Below, in pieces: positions 18,440 to 28,123 of a stretch of DNA of 64,000 nt. Positions within the stretch are counted from its first letter, which is position 1; each line of letters opens with the position of its first letter. The notes beneath the pieces were generated by a model. It worked only from the letters and a program-made list of their open reading frames with translations. It made no database searches and was not told where the DNA came from. Origin of the DNA: a virus; the IMG/VR virus record IMGVR_UViG_3300032242_002717, positions 23,402 through 87,401 of that record; one strand, written 5' to 3'. Made by a program: the position numbers and the translations under genes.

Positions 18440-21405
18440 TGAGATTTTCTATACAGGTGAACGGCCAGGCTATAGACTTATCGTCTGGCTACAGTTCATT
18501 TCTTCCTGCATTTCTTGAATACACAACGGACGAATTTGACACGTTTGTATTCAGCGAGATAAACACTTGCCCTCCCGGATCTTATTCTTTTGGTATGCCA
18601 GTAAAGCTTTTTCTAGATTCAAATCAATACCCATGCTTTGTTGGCAAGATATCTGATATCAGTTACGATTACTCGGAGGACATGCAATGGACTGTGAGCT
18701 ATACGGTTCATGGTCTGAAATATTGGTTAAATTTTATTCCTGTTATCAGCAATTACGATACTGCTGACTACAACTTCAATCTTCCATCTAACGATCCAGG
18801 GTACAATCCTTATTTCTCTGGATTGACAGTCGGCCAAATGTTCAAGATTGTCCTCGACAATCACATGTCAAAACTTGTTGCTGCTGGCATCACAGGCTAT
18901 GTCCAGTCTGATCTTGATGCAATGACGATAGTACCGCCAGCTCCAGTCAATATTGGTGGACCAAAAATACTTGACGCTCTTCAAGGCGTATTGAGTTCGT
19001 GGCAAGCCAGGTACTGCATTCGTGTCAAATATGATACAACGAATGGACTTGCTTATTTGCGATTTGAGAATCCGTTTAATTATTCGTCGAGTACACTTAC
19101 TTTCGGAGTTGACCCAATAGATCCTTCCTCTTTTTCATGCAAGCCCGATAGCAAAGATTGCTATGGAAGAGTTGAGTATAGGGGATATGCCAAGGTCGAG
19201 GCGGCAATTCTTTCGGTAAAAGAAGGTACTTTGCTTCAAAGCTGGACAAGCACTCAGCAGACAAACTGGAACTGGAACCAGTTTGCTAATCCTAGCGGAA
19301 TGATTTCGATTGGTACTGTTTCGAATCTTTCTACGGTTGATTGTTATTGCAAGCCAGATAATCCTTCAGAGACATGGACTGCTAACCAGTGGAACGCAAC
19401 GGGAACGTGGATCTACCTTCAGTATGCAGCTGGAACAAATGCAGGCAACATAACATTTGCCGAGTACAGAAGGCTCAACTCAAATCAAGCACTTACCGCA
19501 GGAGGGACCGCAAACGTCTCCTGGGCGGGTGATATTCCTGTGACTGGAACAAACTACAACAGGTATCGAATTGTTGGATCAAATAGCTCGACTTCTGACG
19601 TTTGGAGAAAATACACGATAGCAAATAGCTATGTGGCAACTCATCTCGTGAATAGCTTTCCTATTCCAGTGCCTTGGGCTGTATCTACAACCGTCTCTCT
19701 TATCAAGTATCCATCGGCACTCGTTTTTTGGGGTAATGCTGGTTCCACATACGGAAACAACACATACAATGTCGCTTGTGGTCCAGTTCTCTTCGAGATT
19801 GACAAGATCAATGGGGTTATTCGATTCAGAGAACCGACCGTCAAGCCATTTAATACTCAGGCGAACTTGAATACTGGCGGGTCCAGTGTGACGCCTCCTT
19901 GGGATGTTCAAATCATTGTGCCATACAGTCTGGGTACGCTTGTCGCTTCCTATCCTCCTGACTCATACGGCAACCAAAATTATTCCGGTACGTTTTATAC
20001 TGCTACGGGAATTCAAAGAACTTTGACGTTCACCGACGATAATTGGATCGACCCTCGGCAGGCAAGCCAATATCAAAACGTATGTCAAATGCTTCAGGAG
20101 TGCTACAAGGACGTGAAGTACGATGGCGAGGTTTCGTACATGGGCCTTTATACGTCCGCACTTTATCCTCAATTCAAATTGAATTTTGCCGTCAATGAAC
20201 TTGTTGGCGTATCTCAAAGTTTGGGTCTTGAAGGGATTAACTGCCCTGTGCGAGTTGCTAGAATAACCTGGAATGCGAACGGAGGTGCGGACGATTTCAC
20301 GACAACGCTTCAGTTCAACAATCGCAAGCAGCCAGTGACCGGCCAGAACTATTTCATTCACCCTGCCTTCGCAAGCGTCGAGAATGCCTTCCACGCGACT
20401 TCTGTCGAGCAAGCCCTGTCTTCTATGTCTGGGTCTTCTCCGTTCAATGAGGGGGCATTTAACGGCACTGGAGTGGGCTTCCTGGGCATGAACACCGGAG
20501 AAGGAATCAATGTCGATCAGGGCGGCAATCTTCCTGTTCCTAAAATGGGATTTGAGTCTGGTCTTGGCATGGGCGTCGATCCATCGCTAGGTGGTGACGC
20601 ACGGGGTTTAGCAGATCAGTTGTTTGCGCCGGATGGCTTTAGCGGAGCAGATAGATTCCAAGGGAATGGCAATCGTGGCAATCTTCCAAAAGCTGAAGAC
20701 ATGGAAGGATTCGTGGGTCCACCAAGGCCCAAGCCAGAAGACATGGAAGCGGCACAGGGACCACAGAACCCTAACGATATTGCAAAGCCTATGGGTATGG
20801 TCGGTCCTCCTCGACCGGCTGTTGGGCCAATGGGAGAATACTTGCCAACCGAACCCAGGAAATCCACGTTTGTTCCAGAGACTCCGGCCTCAAAGTTCGT
20901 TGGGCCACCAGACCCAAGGACCGCATTACAGAGAACTGGGAGGTCTGGCGAAGACTCGTCTTCAAAGCCGTCCTCTCAAGACGTATTGAAAGACAGGAAT
21001 TCTAGACTTGTTGAACAGGGAAAGATTTTCCCAACAACAGAAGCACAAACAAACAGAAAAAGCACTCCTAAGCAAAGCACTGAAGACATTCTTGATAAGC
21101 GAGACGCGAGAATCGCAAGGGACGGAGACAATAAAAAAGAACAGTCTGTGGAGATGGGCAGAGGTCTTGGTGGAAGGGAGTATATGACTACACCATCCAA
21201 AACTAATGCCTATTCGCCTATTCAGTACTCATCTCCCATGGTCGGACCTCCTGACATGAGATCTCAGGATCGCAAGAGGGAAGATCAAAAAGATAGTGAT
21301 CTTGATAGGTTTCCTGGACCAAGTACTGAAGATTATGAGAATGTCAAGAAGCTAAAATCGACGTACAATTACTTGCCGCCTTCGATTGGCCAGTACGGCC
21401 AATAG
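18439..21405 (+). CDS. tail tip/hub protein with long disordered C-terminal extension
   Basis: 988 aa directly after the TMP; beta-rich N-terminal ~650 aa; Pro/Gly/charged C-terminus. Confidence 0.55.
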   Translation: MRFSIQVNGQAIDLSSGYSSFLPAFLEYTTDEFDTFVFSEINTCPPGSYSFGMPVKLFLDSNQYPCFVGKISDISYDYSEDMQWTVSYTVHGLKYWLNFIPVISNYDTADYNFNLPSNDPGYNPYFSGLTVGQMFKIVLDNHMSKLVAAGITGYVQSDLDAMTIVPPAPVNIGGPKILDALQGVLSSWQARYCIRVKYDTTNGLAYLRFENPFNYSSSTLTFGVDPIDPSSFSCKPDSKDCYGRVEYRGYAKVEAAILSVKEGTLLQSWTSTQQTNWNWNQFANPSGMISIGTVSNLSTVDCYCKPDNPSETWTANQWNATGTWIYLQYAAGTNAGNITFAEYRRLNSNQALTAGGTANVSWAGDIPVTGTNYNRYRIVGSNSSTSDVWRKYTIANSYVATHLVNSFPIPVPWAVSTTVSLIKYPSALVFWGNAGSTYGNNTYNVACGPVLFEIDKINGVIRFREPTVKPFNTQANLNTGGSSVTPPWDVQIIVPYSLGTLVASYPPDSYGNQNYSGTFYTATGIQRTLTFTDDNWIDPRQASQYQNVCQMLQECYKDVKYDGEVSYMGLYTSALYPQFKLNFAVNELVGVSQSLGLEGINCPVRVARITWNANGGADDFTTTLQFNNRKQPVTGQNYFIHPAFASVENAFHATSVEQALSSMSGSSPFNEGAFNGTGVGFLGMNTGEGINVDQGGNLPVPKMGFESGLGMGVDPSLGGDARGLADQLFAPDGFSGADRFQGNGNRGNLPKAEDMEGFVGPPRPKPEDMEAAQGPQNPNDIAKPMGMVGPPRPAVGPMGEYLPTEPRKSTFVPETPASKFVGPPDPRTALQRTGRSGEDSSSKPSSQDVLKDRNSRLVEQGKIFPTTEAQTNRKSTPKQSTEDILDKRDARIARDGDNKKEQSVEMGRGLGGREYMTTPSKTNAYSPIQYSSPMVGPPDMRSQDRKREDQKDSDLDRFPGPSTEDYENVKKLKSTYNYLPPSIGQYGQ

Positions 21406-21425
21406 AAAATGAGAGGTTTTGAATC

Positions 21426-21575
21426 ATGGTATCAGACATTGAGGCGAGACTTAGATTCCTTGAGCAAAAGCTTGCCAGGATCGAGAATCTTCTTAAGAGC
21501 CTACAGTCTCAGCACGAGCAGGCTAACACCATGCTTCAAATGACAACTTCGGTCAATCAGAGCAGCGCATCATGA
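21426..21575 (+). CDS. 49-aa coiled-coil mini-protein (absent from ORF track)
   Basis: GAGG SD; MVSDIEARLRFLEQKLARIENLLKSLQSQHEQANTMLQMTTSVNQSSAS; ATGA overlap with the next gene. Confidence 0.7.
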   Translation: MVSDIEARLRFLEQKLARIENLLKSLQSQHEQANTMLQMTTSVNQSSAS

Positions 21576-24319
21576 TTAACGATATTGAAGCCAGGTTAAG
21601 ATTTCTGGAACAGAAGTCGTTTGGGATTCAGAGAAAATCCGACTTGCTAAAAGGGGAAATAGGCAAGTTCGCGCAGGATGTCATGATGACATTAAGTGGA
21701 TTTCAAAACGGAGGAAACGGAAAAGTAGATTTTATTATTTTATTGACAGGTTGCAATGGGTTGCCTTTGGATAACGAATACATTTCCGTTGTTCCAGTTT
21801 TAGATAATCGATATACCTCTGGATGGCCAACAGACGATTATGCGATACTTTACATCGATTCAACTCACGTTCAAAAGACCGATAGGAATGGATACGCTAA
21901 GTTCAGCCTAAGTTGGCCTATGTACTACGATAGGGACGGAAACGGATTTGACATTTCGAGCGGAAATTCCTGTCATTTTATAAAAAATTCTGATGGTTTT
22001 TGGGTAATAGATAAAACTCAGTCTAGCCAAACCACTGGCATTATAAAATACTTTGCATCGGTAGTTATGAATAAAGTATTTTCTTATTACTTAGATACCA
22101 ATGAAATTAGAAACTATTACTGGATTTTTAATGATTTCTTATCTGTAACTCCTAAGGTAAACACAAACTCGGACACAAGTGATCGTCCAGGTTTTTTCGT
22201 TTCTACTACACAATGGTCGAGTGCAATAGCAAATAGCCCCAGGCCAAGGAAATTAAGAAAAGTTATTATTCCTGACGGAAACGGAAATAACGCAATTATT
22301 GATTATGACTATTTGGATAACCCGGAAATATGGGGAGATACTCTTAGGTATGGGCTAGTATACACAGACATTTACAAAGAAACAACCGCCTACGGATTAT
22401 ATGCCATTCAGTGGGTCATTCAATCGGACAGTTATCAGCAAAGGTCGTCTGTTTCGAGATTGACTGCTAGAGTTCCGTCCTACACGTCAAGATCCGGCGG
22501 ATTAACCCTTCCGGTTGCCTATGGAGTTCAAACTACATCGTGTGACAGCGGTGCGGCAACGGCATCATTTTCAGGAAATCCCATTCAGGTTAAATTCGAC
22601 TTTTCATCGACCCGTATTTATTCTTTGACTGGAATAGACCATGTAACAATGGAGGATTGCGGAGATCCTCCGTACGCTTATTTTGCATATCAGTACTATA
22701 ATGCAAACAATTTATCTAATCCATGGATTGACAAAAATGGGTATTACGCATATCTATCGGACAGCAACACCTTATCTTACGGATATGTCAACGTCAGCAG
22801 GCGTCTTGACCTAACTTTTTCTTATGATAGAACGATAGTTTACCCTGGAGCAAGTGATTACATTATTAGCAAGACCAAATTGCAAACAGTTTCATTTAGT
22901 TTTCAGTCAAATCCTGGGTCTTATGTTTTAAATAAAACACCTACTGGAGTTACCTATTGGTATAATTTTTCTTTTGATATTTTTAACCAAAAGCCAACAT
23001 TAACTGTGAACGCAAAAACTGTTAATGGATTCTATATATACGGAGGATATTATAAAACAAGTCAGACTGTTGTAGACGTTCAAGAGTCGGCTGTATCTTA
23101 CATTGGGACAGGGTACGGTCAATCGTTTGAATTTATTTTTAATGGCAACCTTTCTAAAGACCTTGGCGTAGGAAGCGTCTCTATAATTTTTAAGGAATTT
23201 GACGCAGCAAGACTTTTTTCTACCACTGGGAAAAGAGTATTGTCTAGCGTGATGGACCCGATCATAATCACGGACAACAATAATGTTATAAGTTCTTCAC
23301 TTGTGGCATTGAGGTACGATTACTACAAGACCAATACCAACAGAAAGTTTTTTGTTAGCTCAAAGATTCAGCCTTGCATGGCTTATAATCAAAGCAAGGA
23401 TGTTTTTGAAAAAGTAATGGGATACCCTGTTTATTGGTATCAATCATATTATGCTTACGATGAATTTCTTAACTCGCAAAATGCATGTAGCTTGCAAATA
23501 ATCTACAGGACGATATACGGTCTTCCGCAATGCGCATCATCAAATGGTAACACCTTTCCTTGTGGAAACATATATGGAAAAGAAAATAATGGTCAAATCT
23601 TCGATTCCGTGTATGGAAATGATTCTGGGGTAAGGCAAAGCTTAACTTTCGTTTCGCATAATAATTCCACGCACACTGATACTTATTCTGTTCCAACTTC
23701 TGTGTCCGACTTATTGGGAATAACATCGGTAACTATATCGCACGGAGATCGAAAAGATTATTTAATTTTTGATGTGAGTTTCGGGTTCGACAACAACAGC
23801 CAAGGGTGGTATGGATATCCGAGCTACAGTGCGTCCAGAGGTGCATTTTGGGACAATTCGCATGGATCTGCTGTCGGATGCCTTTCGGGGTTTGCAAGCA
23901 CAGGATATGGTGGCGACCTGCCTTTTTCTTTCACTTATTCTGGGACTTGGCAAAGCTTAGGGGTTCCAGCAAATGCCATGGTTCAGTCGATTGGTCTTCA
24001 TTTGAAGGAAAACGGACGAGGCGGAGTTACTTCAAGTACTTTTGGGCCGCATGTTCTCGCCGACGCGAATGGCGCGACTCGTGAAATAATGAGGATGCCT
24101 GAGCAGATCCAGCCTGTATTCCCAGACTCTTGGAGGCAGGTTGTTTGCGAAAATGTCGTGGTTCCTCTTGATATGCAATCGTCATCATCTTCAATCAAAT
24201 TGATCTTGAATGGTGTTGCTGCCGGAGGAGACACCAGCGACACATATGTAAGTTTTGACGATGTAGTTTTTACGATATTCTACAAAGCTCAATCAAATAA
24301 CGGTCCACCGCTTTCATGA
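21572..24319 (+). CDS. putative tail fibre/receptor-binding protein
   Basis: 915 aa, N-terminal coiled coil, Tyr/Ser/Asn-rich beta body, last large gene of the tail module. Confidence 0.55.
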   Translation: MINDIEARLRFLEQKSFGIQRKSDLLKGEIGKFAQDVMMTLSGFQNGGNGKVDFIILLTGCNGLPLDNEYISVVPVLDNRYTSGWPTDDYAILYIDSTHVQKTDRNGYAKFSLSWPMYYDRDGNGFDISSGNSCHFIKNSDGFWVIDKTQSSQTTGIIKYFASVVMNKVFSYYLDTNEIRNYYWIFNDFLSVTPKVNTNSDTSDRPGFFVSTTQWSSAIANSPRPRKLRKVIIPDGNGNNAIIDYDYLDNPEIWGDTLRYGLVYTDIYKETTAYGLYAIQWVIQSDSYQQRSSVSRLTARVPSYTSRSGGLTLPVAYGVQTTSCDSGAATASFSGNPIQVKFDFSSTRIYSLTGIDHVTMEDCGDPPYAYFAYQYYNANNLSNPWIDKNGYYAYLSDSNTLSYGYVNVSRRLDLTFSYDRTIVYPGASDYIISKTKLQTVSFSFQSNPGSYVLNKTPTGVTYWYNFSFDIFNQKPTLTVNAKTVNGFYIYGGYYKTSQTVVDVQESAVSYIGTGYGQSFEFIFNGNLSKDLGVGSVSIIFKEFDAARLFSTTGKRVLSSVMDPIIITDNNNVISSSLVALRYDYYKTNTNRKFFVSSKIQPCMAYNQSKDVFEKVMGYPVYWYQSYYAYDEFLNSQNACSLQIIYRTIYGLPQCASSNGNTFPCGNIYGKENNGQIFDSVYGNDSGVRQSLTFVSHNNSTHTDTYSVPTSVSDLLGITSVTISHGDRKDYLIFDVSFGFDNNSQGWYGYPSYSASRGAFWDNSHGSAVGCLSGFASTGYGGDLPFSFTYSGTWQSLGVPANAMVQSIGLHLKENGRGGVTSSTFGPHVLADANGATREIMRMPEQIQPVFPDSWRQVVCENVVVPLDMQSSSSSIKLILNGVAAGGDTSDTYVSFDDVVFTIFYKAQSNNGPPLS

Positions 24320-24930
24320 TCAATCAATTGCAGGCAAACTCGATAAAAGTTGAATTTGAAGTGCTGCGAAAGCATCATATGGCGGCTTTCGATATGGACG
24401 GAGTTTTGTGTGAAGAGCCAACTCCGGGAACATTTGATCCATCAAATGCCGTTCCTTTCTACATTCCCGACCACCCTATTCATCTGATAATTACAGCCAG
24501 AAATGAAAAATATAGACAGCAAACCCTGGATTGGCTCGCTAAGCACTCCGTCACGGCCTACCGAGTCGCCATGCCGACCTGGGAAGAATATCCAGGATTG
24601 GAAGCGGTCGCCCGATGGAAGGCCGAGGAGTACCGAAAGAGCCGACTTCCGATGTTTGTTGAGTCAAACATCGACATAGCCAGGATCGTCGCCAGGGAGG
24701 CTTGTATGCCTGTCTATTGCCCATCGGCCAGAAAGACTATAGAGCCTGAAAGTCCAGTTCTTGGAAACTCGGACGCCATAGGGAGAAGGGTCAGGGTTTG
24801 CCCTCATCGCCTCGACCTGTGTTGCGGGTCAGCGAGATGTGCAAAAAGGGATCATGTCATTGTCTATCGTGACGATTGCCGTTCTTGCCCGGACTTGCCT
24901 TTGCCTGAATACGCGACTGTACATGGCTAA
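24316..24930 (+). CDS. HAD-superfamily protein with C-terminal Cys cluster
   Basis: AFDMDGVL motif I, IITAR motif II, FVES; tail CPHR..CCG..RC...CRSC. Confidence 0.65.
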   Translation: MINQLQANSIKVEFEVLRKHHMAAFDMDGVLCEEPTPGTFDPSNAVPFYIPDHPIHLIITARNEKYRQQTLDWLAKHSVTAYRVAMPTWEEYPGLEAVARWKAEEYRKSRLPMFVESNIDIARIVAREACMPVYCPSARKTIEPESPVLGNSDAIGRRVRVCPHRLDLCCGSARCAKRDHVIVYRDDCRSCPDLPLPEYATVHG

Positions 24931-24937
24931 TTTTTTT

Positions 24938-24946
24938 TGCTATAAT
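24938..24946 (+). promoter_or_regulatory. extended -10 promoter (TGcTATAAT) upstream of the glycosyltransferase
   Basis: TGCTATAAT in the AT-rich gap, 38 nt before ATG 24984. Confidence 0.45.
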
Positions 24947-24983
24947 AGTGTACATTTGAATATTACTTTTCAAAGGAAGATTT

Positions 24984-26171
24984 ATGGACTCGCATGACCC
25001 AAGAAGCCCAAACAGGATAGCCTGGCTTCAGAGCCTGAACCAATGCGCGGATCGCAGAGATAACCCGGTCCCAGTCGGCGGAATCGTAAGTCGATATCAG
25101 ACGCCAAATAAGAGAATTGTGATCAGAGCTAACCTGTATGGTCACGGCGGCTACGGGCAGCTTGCAGAATGGACTGGCAGGGAACTTGAGTCGCATGGAA
25201 TCCCTGTAGCGTACGACCCGATAGCAGTTATCGAAGAATTTATTCCTTTGCAAGCTTTTGTGCGAGACCGACTTATCGTTTCGCCGGTCGATAATTGGGA
25301 GCTTTTGCTCTCTACGCCATCAACCAAACCTATGCCCAACAAAAATAGCGTGTTTTTTTCAATGTGGGAGACTACTGGCATAAATCGGACATCTGTGTCC
25401 AATTTAAATCAGTCAAAGTTTGTTATTGTGCCATGCAAATTCAACAGAGACACCTTTTTTGATTGTGGAGTGAATGTTCCTATCGATATCGTGCCTTTGG
25501 GAGTCGATGGAGATAAATGGACTTGCACGGACATGCCAAGGTATCCGTCTGGAGACACGGTGTTTGTGACAGCCGCGAGGCATTCCCATGGTGGCGTAAG
25601 AAAAAATACTATTGATATGGCGAGAGCGTTTTGCGAGGCATTCCCTAAAGGTGACGAGCCTGTTCAATTCAGAATCAAGTGCTTTACGGACTGTCAATCG
25701 CATCTTGATAATCTGCCAAGAGATAAAAGAATCAGAGTCTACAAAAACACCATGACCGATGACCAGTTAGTCGATTGGTGCAAAGAATCCACGGTTGGAG
25801 TTTTTTGTTCAAGGGGAGAGGGTTGGGGCATGCACATACACCAATTCCTTTCAATTGGGAGGCCGGTGATTACATGCTTTGGTTCGGCGATGAACGATTA
25901 TTGCAACCGCGATGTTGCTTTCCCTGTTGAGTTCAAGTGGGAAAAAGCGAGAGACTGTTATGAAGACAGTGGATCTTGGATGGTCCCATTGAGGGAAAGC
26001 ATGATAAGCACTTTTCAATATGTATTTAATAATAGATGCGAGGTTCAGAAAATGTCTGGTTTATGCGCGGTGAAAGCGAGGGAGTTTACCTGGAAAACAA
26101 TGGGAAACAAGCTTGTAGAAACACTGAAGATGCGTGGACTACTAAAAGAAATTGGATTTCCAGATGTATAA
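24984..26171 (+). CDS. glycosyltransferase family 4 (GT-B)
   Basis: GGYG, MWETT, VPLGVD, RKN, SRGEGWGM..QFLSIGRPVI, FTW motifs. Confidence 0.85.
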   Translation: MDSHDPRSPNRIAWLQSLNQCADRRDNPVPVGGIVSRYQTPNKRIVIRANLYGHGGYGQLAEWTGRELESHGIPVAYDPIAVIEEFIPLQAFVRDRLIVSPVDNWELLLSTPSTKPMPNKNSVFFSMWETTGINRTSVSNLNQSKFVIVPCKFNRDTFFDCGVNVPIDIVPLGVDGDKWTCTDMPRYPSGDTVFVTAARHSHGGVRKNTIDMARAFCEAFPKGDEPVQFRIKCFTDCQSHLDNLPRDKRIRVYKNTMTDDQLVDWCKESTVGVFCSRGEGWGMHIHQFLSIGRPVITCFGSAMNDYCNRDVAFPVEFKWEKARDCYEDSGSWMVPLRESMISTFQYVFNNRCEVQKMSGLCAVKAREFTWKTMGNKLVETLKMRGLLKEIGFPDV

Positions 26172-26865
26172 TAACGACGAAAAAAACAGAGAAATGATTG
26201 CCGAGATTCAACTTGGCGATAATCAGGCTCTGGAAGAACTTATCAACTTGAACATGCCGATGGTAAAGGCAGTTGTTAGAGACGTTCTGAAAGGGTGGTC
26301 CAAGTCAAGAAGGTCGAATTTCTCAAGCGATCTGCAACAAGAAGGCGTGATAGCCCTTATTGAGTCATCTCGCAAGTTCAACCTTGAGTCAAAGACTATT
26401 TTTTATTCTTATGCAAAGAAAGCGATATATCGACGGGTTGTCAGAAAAACGAGAGACATGCTGATAGTCTCGATTCCAAGCACTGTACTCGATTGCAATA
26501 TGGAAGCATCGAAAGCCGCATTTAGTCTTGAGGCGATAGGCAATAGCAATGGTGGCTTCGAGGGAATGATCGAGAGAGAATGTTGCTTGACGAGCGATGG
26601 TGGAATGAGTCAGATTGAAAACGTAGAAGACATGGAATTTGTGGACTCAATATCAGACATGGTCGATGCTATGCCAGAGATGCTCGCCAGGTGCGTCAAG
26701 CTCAGGCACGGTTACGAGAAAGGCAAATGGTGCTGCGAGAACAGCATGTCTTATCGAGAGATGGGCCATGAGCTAGGAATCTCTCATGTGTGGGCAAGGG
26801 TTGTTTATACTCTCGCCCAACAAGAGTTAAAAATGATGGTTTGCGACATGAGGAACAAAATTTAG
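26164..26865 (+). CDS. sigma-70 family RNA polymerase sigma factor (phage-encoded, 1)
   Basis: ALEELINLNMPMV, DLQQEGVIALIESSRKFN, FYSYA region 2; MSYREMGHELGIS region 4. Confidence 0.8.
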   Translation: MYNNDEKNREMIAEIQLGDNQALEELINLNMPMVKAVVRDVLKGWSKSRRSNFSSDLQQEGVIALIESSRKFNLESKTIFYSYAKKAIYRRVVRKTRDMLIVSIPSTVLDCNMEASKAAFSLEAIGNSNGGFEGMIERECCLTSDGGMSQIENVEDMEFVDSISDMVDAMPEMLARCVKLRHGYEKGKWCCENSMSYREMGHELGISHVWARVVYTLAQQELKMMVCDMRNKI

Positions 26866-27161
26866 GAACAGACAGAAATTCGATAAATGGCGACGTTGTC
26901 CTCAAACTGAATTAGTTCTGCTTCAATGCGAATTACATCCCCATCGCTAGGTGGATGGAATGGGCACACTGAGTACTCGTAAACTAACCCGATCACTTTT
27001 AGTCCGGCGACATCGATATTGACGATGTCATATTCGACCGAATACTTGAGTTTTGAGTGGTTTCTTTCTTTGACCTGATGAGCCACTAAAGAAGTAGCCT
27101 CTATCAGCTTGTCTTTAATTAAATGCGTATCATTTATGATCTCGCTGATTTCTGTTGTCAT
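26862..27161 (-). CDS. hypothetical protein
   Basis: Part of a tightly overlapping minus-strand run. Confidence 0.55.
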   Translation of the reverse strand: MTTEISEIINDTHLIKDKLIEATSLVAHQVKERNHSKLKYSVEYDIVNIDVAGLKVIGLVYEYSVCPFHPPSDGDVIRIEAELIQFEDNVAIYRISVCS

Positions 27162-27358
27162 CTTGCGTTGTGACCTTCTTCGGAAATGATGACAAAAATG
27201 CCTTTTTCTCGAAGAGATTTAAGTTCTTCTAAAGCCTTTGTTCCTTCGTCCATGAACGGTTTCAACGGTTTTTTCTTTTTCCATGATTCGATCATGCCAG
27301 ACAATGAGAGTTCCATCGAAATCATTGCATTCTTGTACCGTTCCATATCAGCTTGCAT
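27158..27358 (-). CDS. hypothetical protein
   Basis: GAGGAG SD; overlaps both neighbours. Confidence 0.55.
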   Translation of the reverse strand: MQADMERYKNAMISMELSLSGMIESWKKKKPLKPFMDEGTKALEELKSLREKGIFVIISEEGHNAR

Positions 27359-27620
27359 AAATTGGCTCCTCGCACTTTAGCACTATTTCTCGGATCTCTT
27401 TGATTGCGTCCGTAAAGTTTTGCAACTCTTCTTCCGTATCAACCCTGCAAACAAGCTTTTTGGCAACATCATACAAATCCACGGCATTTGCTATGATTTG
27501 CGAGTCGAAAGGATCGGGAAGCCTGTCTCCCAATGCCTTGGATTTTTGCAGAAGATCGTAAATCTCGGTTGCACTCACTTTGACTGGCAAAGTATTCTCC
27601 TTCCGTATTCGGCCATGCAC
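27348..27620 (-). CDS. hypothetical protein (start uncertain)
   Basis: Helical 90-aa ORF continuing the operon. Confidence 0.5.
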   Translation of the reverse strand: MHGRIRKENTLPVKVSATEIYDLLQKSKALGDRLPDPFDSQIIANAVDLYDVAKKLVCRVDTEEELQNFTDAIKEIREIVLKCEEPIYAS

Positions 27621-28123
27621 AGAGCGTCTGCAATTCCATCGTGAGACTTTCTTGATCTTTCGGTGGCCTTTAAATCAAATCCCGGCCACCGCCGATTGCA
27701 ATATGCGATAGAGTCGTTCTTGTCCTTATTTGCAAATCCATCAAGCACGACCTTCTTCCATCTTTGCGGTGTCACGAACTGATAGGGAAGGCCAAGCGTT
27801 CCAACGACTCCTTCGATAATTCCAAGAGATCTTCCGAACGAAAACACGGAAGCCACTCCTTGTTTTGGCATACTGTGAACTTGTTCTATGATGACAAGTA
27901 AAACAACATATACTTTTTCATCGCAAACATATCCCCCATCGTATTGAGAGAGCAAAGACGCTAGGCCGTTGGGATCAATCGAGTTCTTTTTTGATTTTGT
28001 TACTGGCATCGGTTTGCCAGATATTGGAATTCCTGTGTCTTTGTCAATTACGCTTATGCCGCCACTGATCCCAGGATCAATTCCAATCACTACGTCTTTT
28101 GCAAATTCATTTCTGTAAAGCAT
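27575..28123 (-). CDS. RuvC-like Holliday junction resolvase
   Basis: VIGIDPG, IIEQV.SMPKQGVASVFSFG, VTPQRWKK, DGIADA. Confidence 0.85.
   Translation of the reverse strand: MLYRNEFAKDVVIGIDPGISGGISVIDKDTGIPISGKPMPVTKSKKNSIDPNGLASLLSQYDGGYVCDEKVYVVLLVIIEQVHSMPKQGVASVFSFGRSLGIIEGVVGTLGLPYQFVTPQRWKKVVLDGFANKDKNDSIAYCNRRWPGFDLKATERSRKSHDGIADALCMAEYGRRILCQSK

Noticed and set aside
18439-24319. Diversity-generating retroelement or invertible tail-fibre shufflon
   Set aside because: No reverse transcriptase, no TR/VR pair with adenine-specific mismatches and no inverted repeats were seen.
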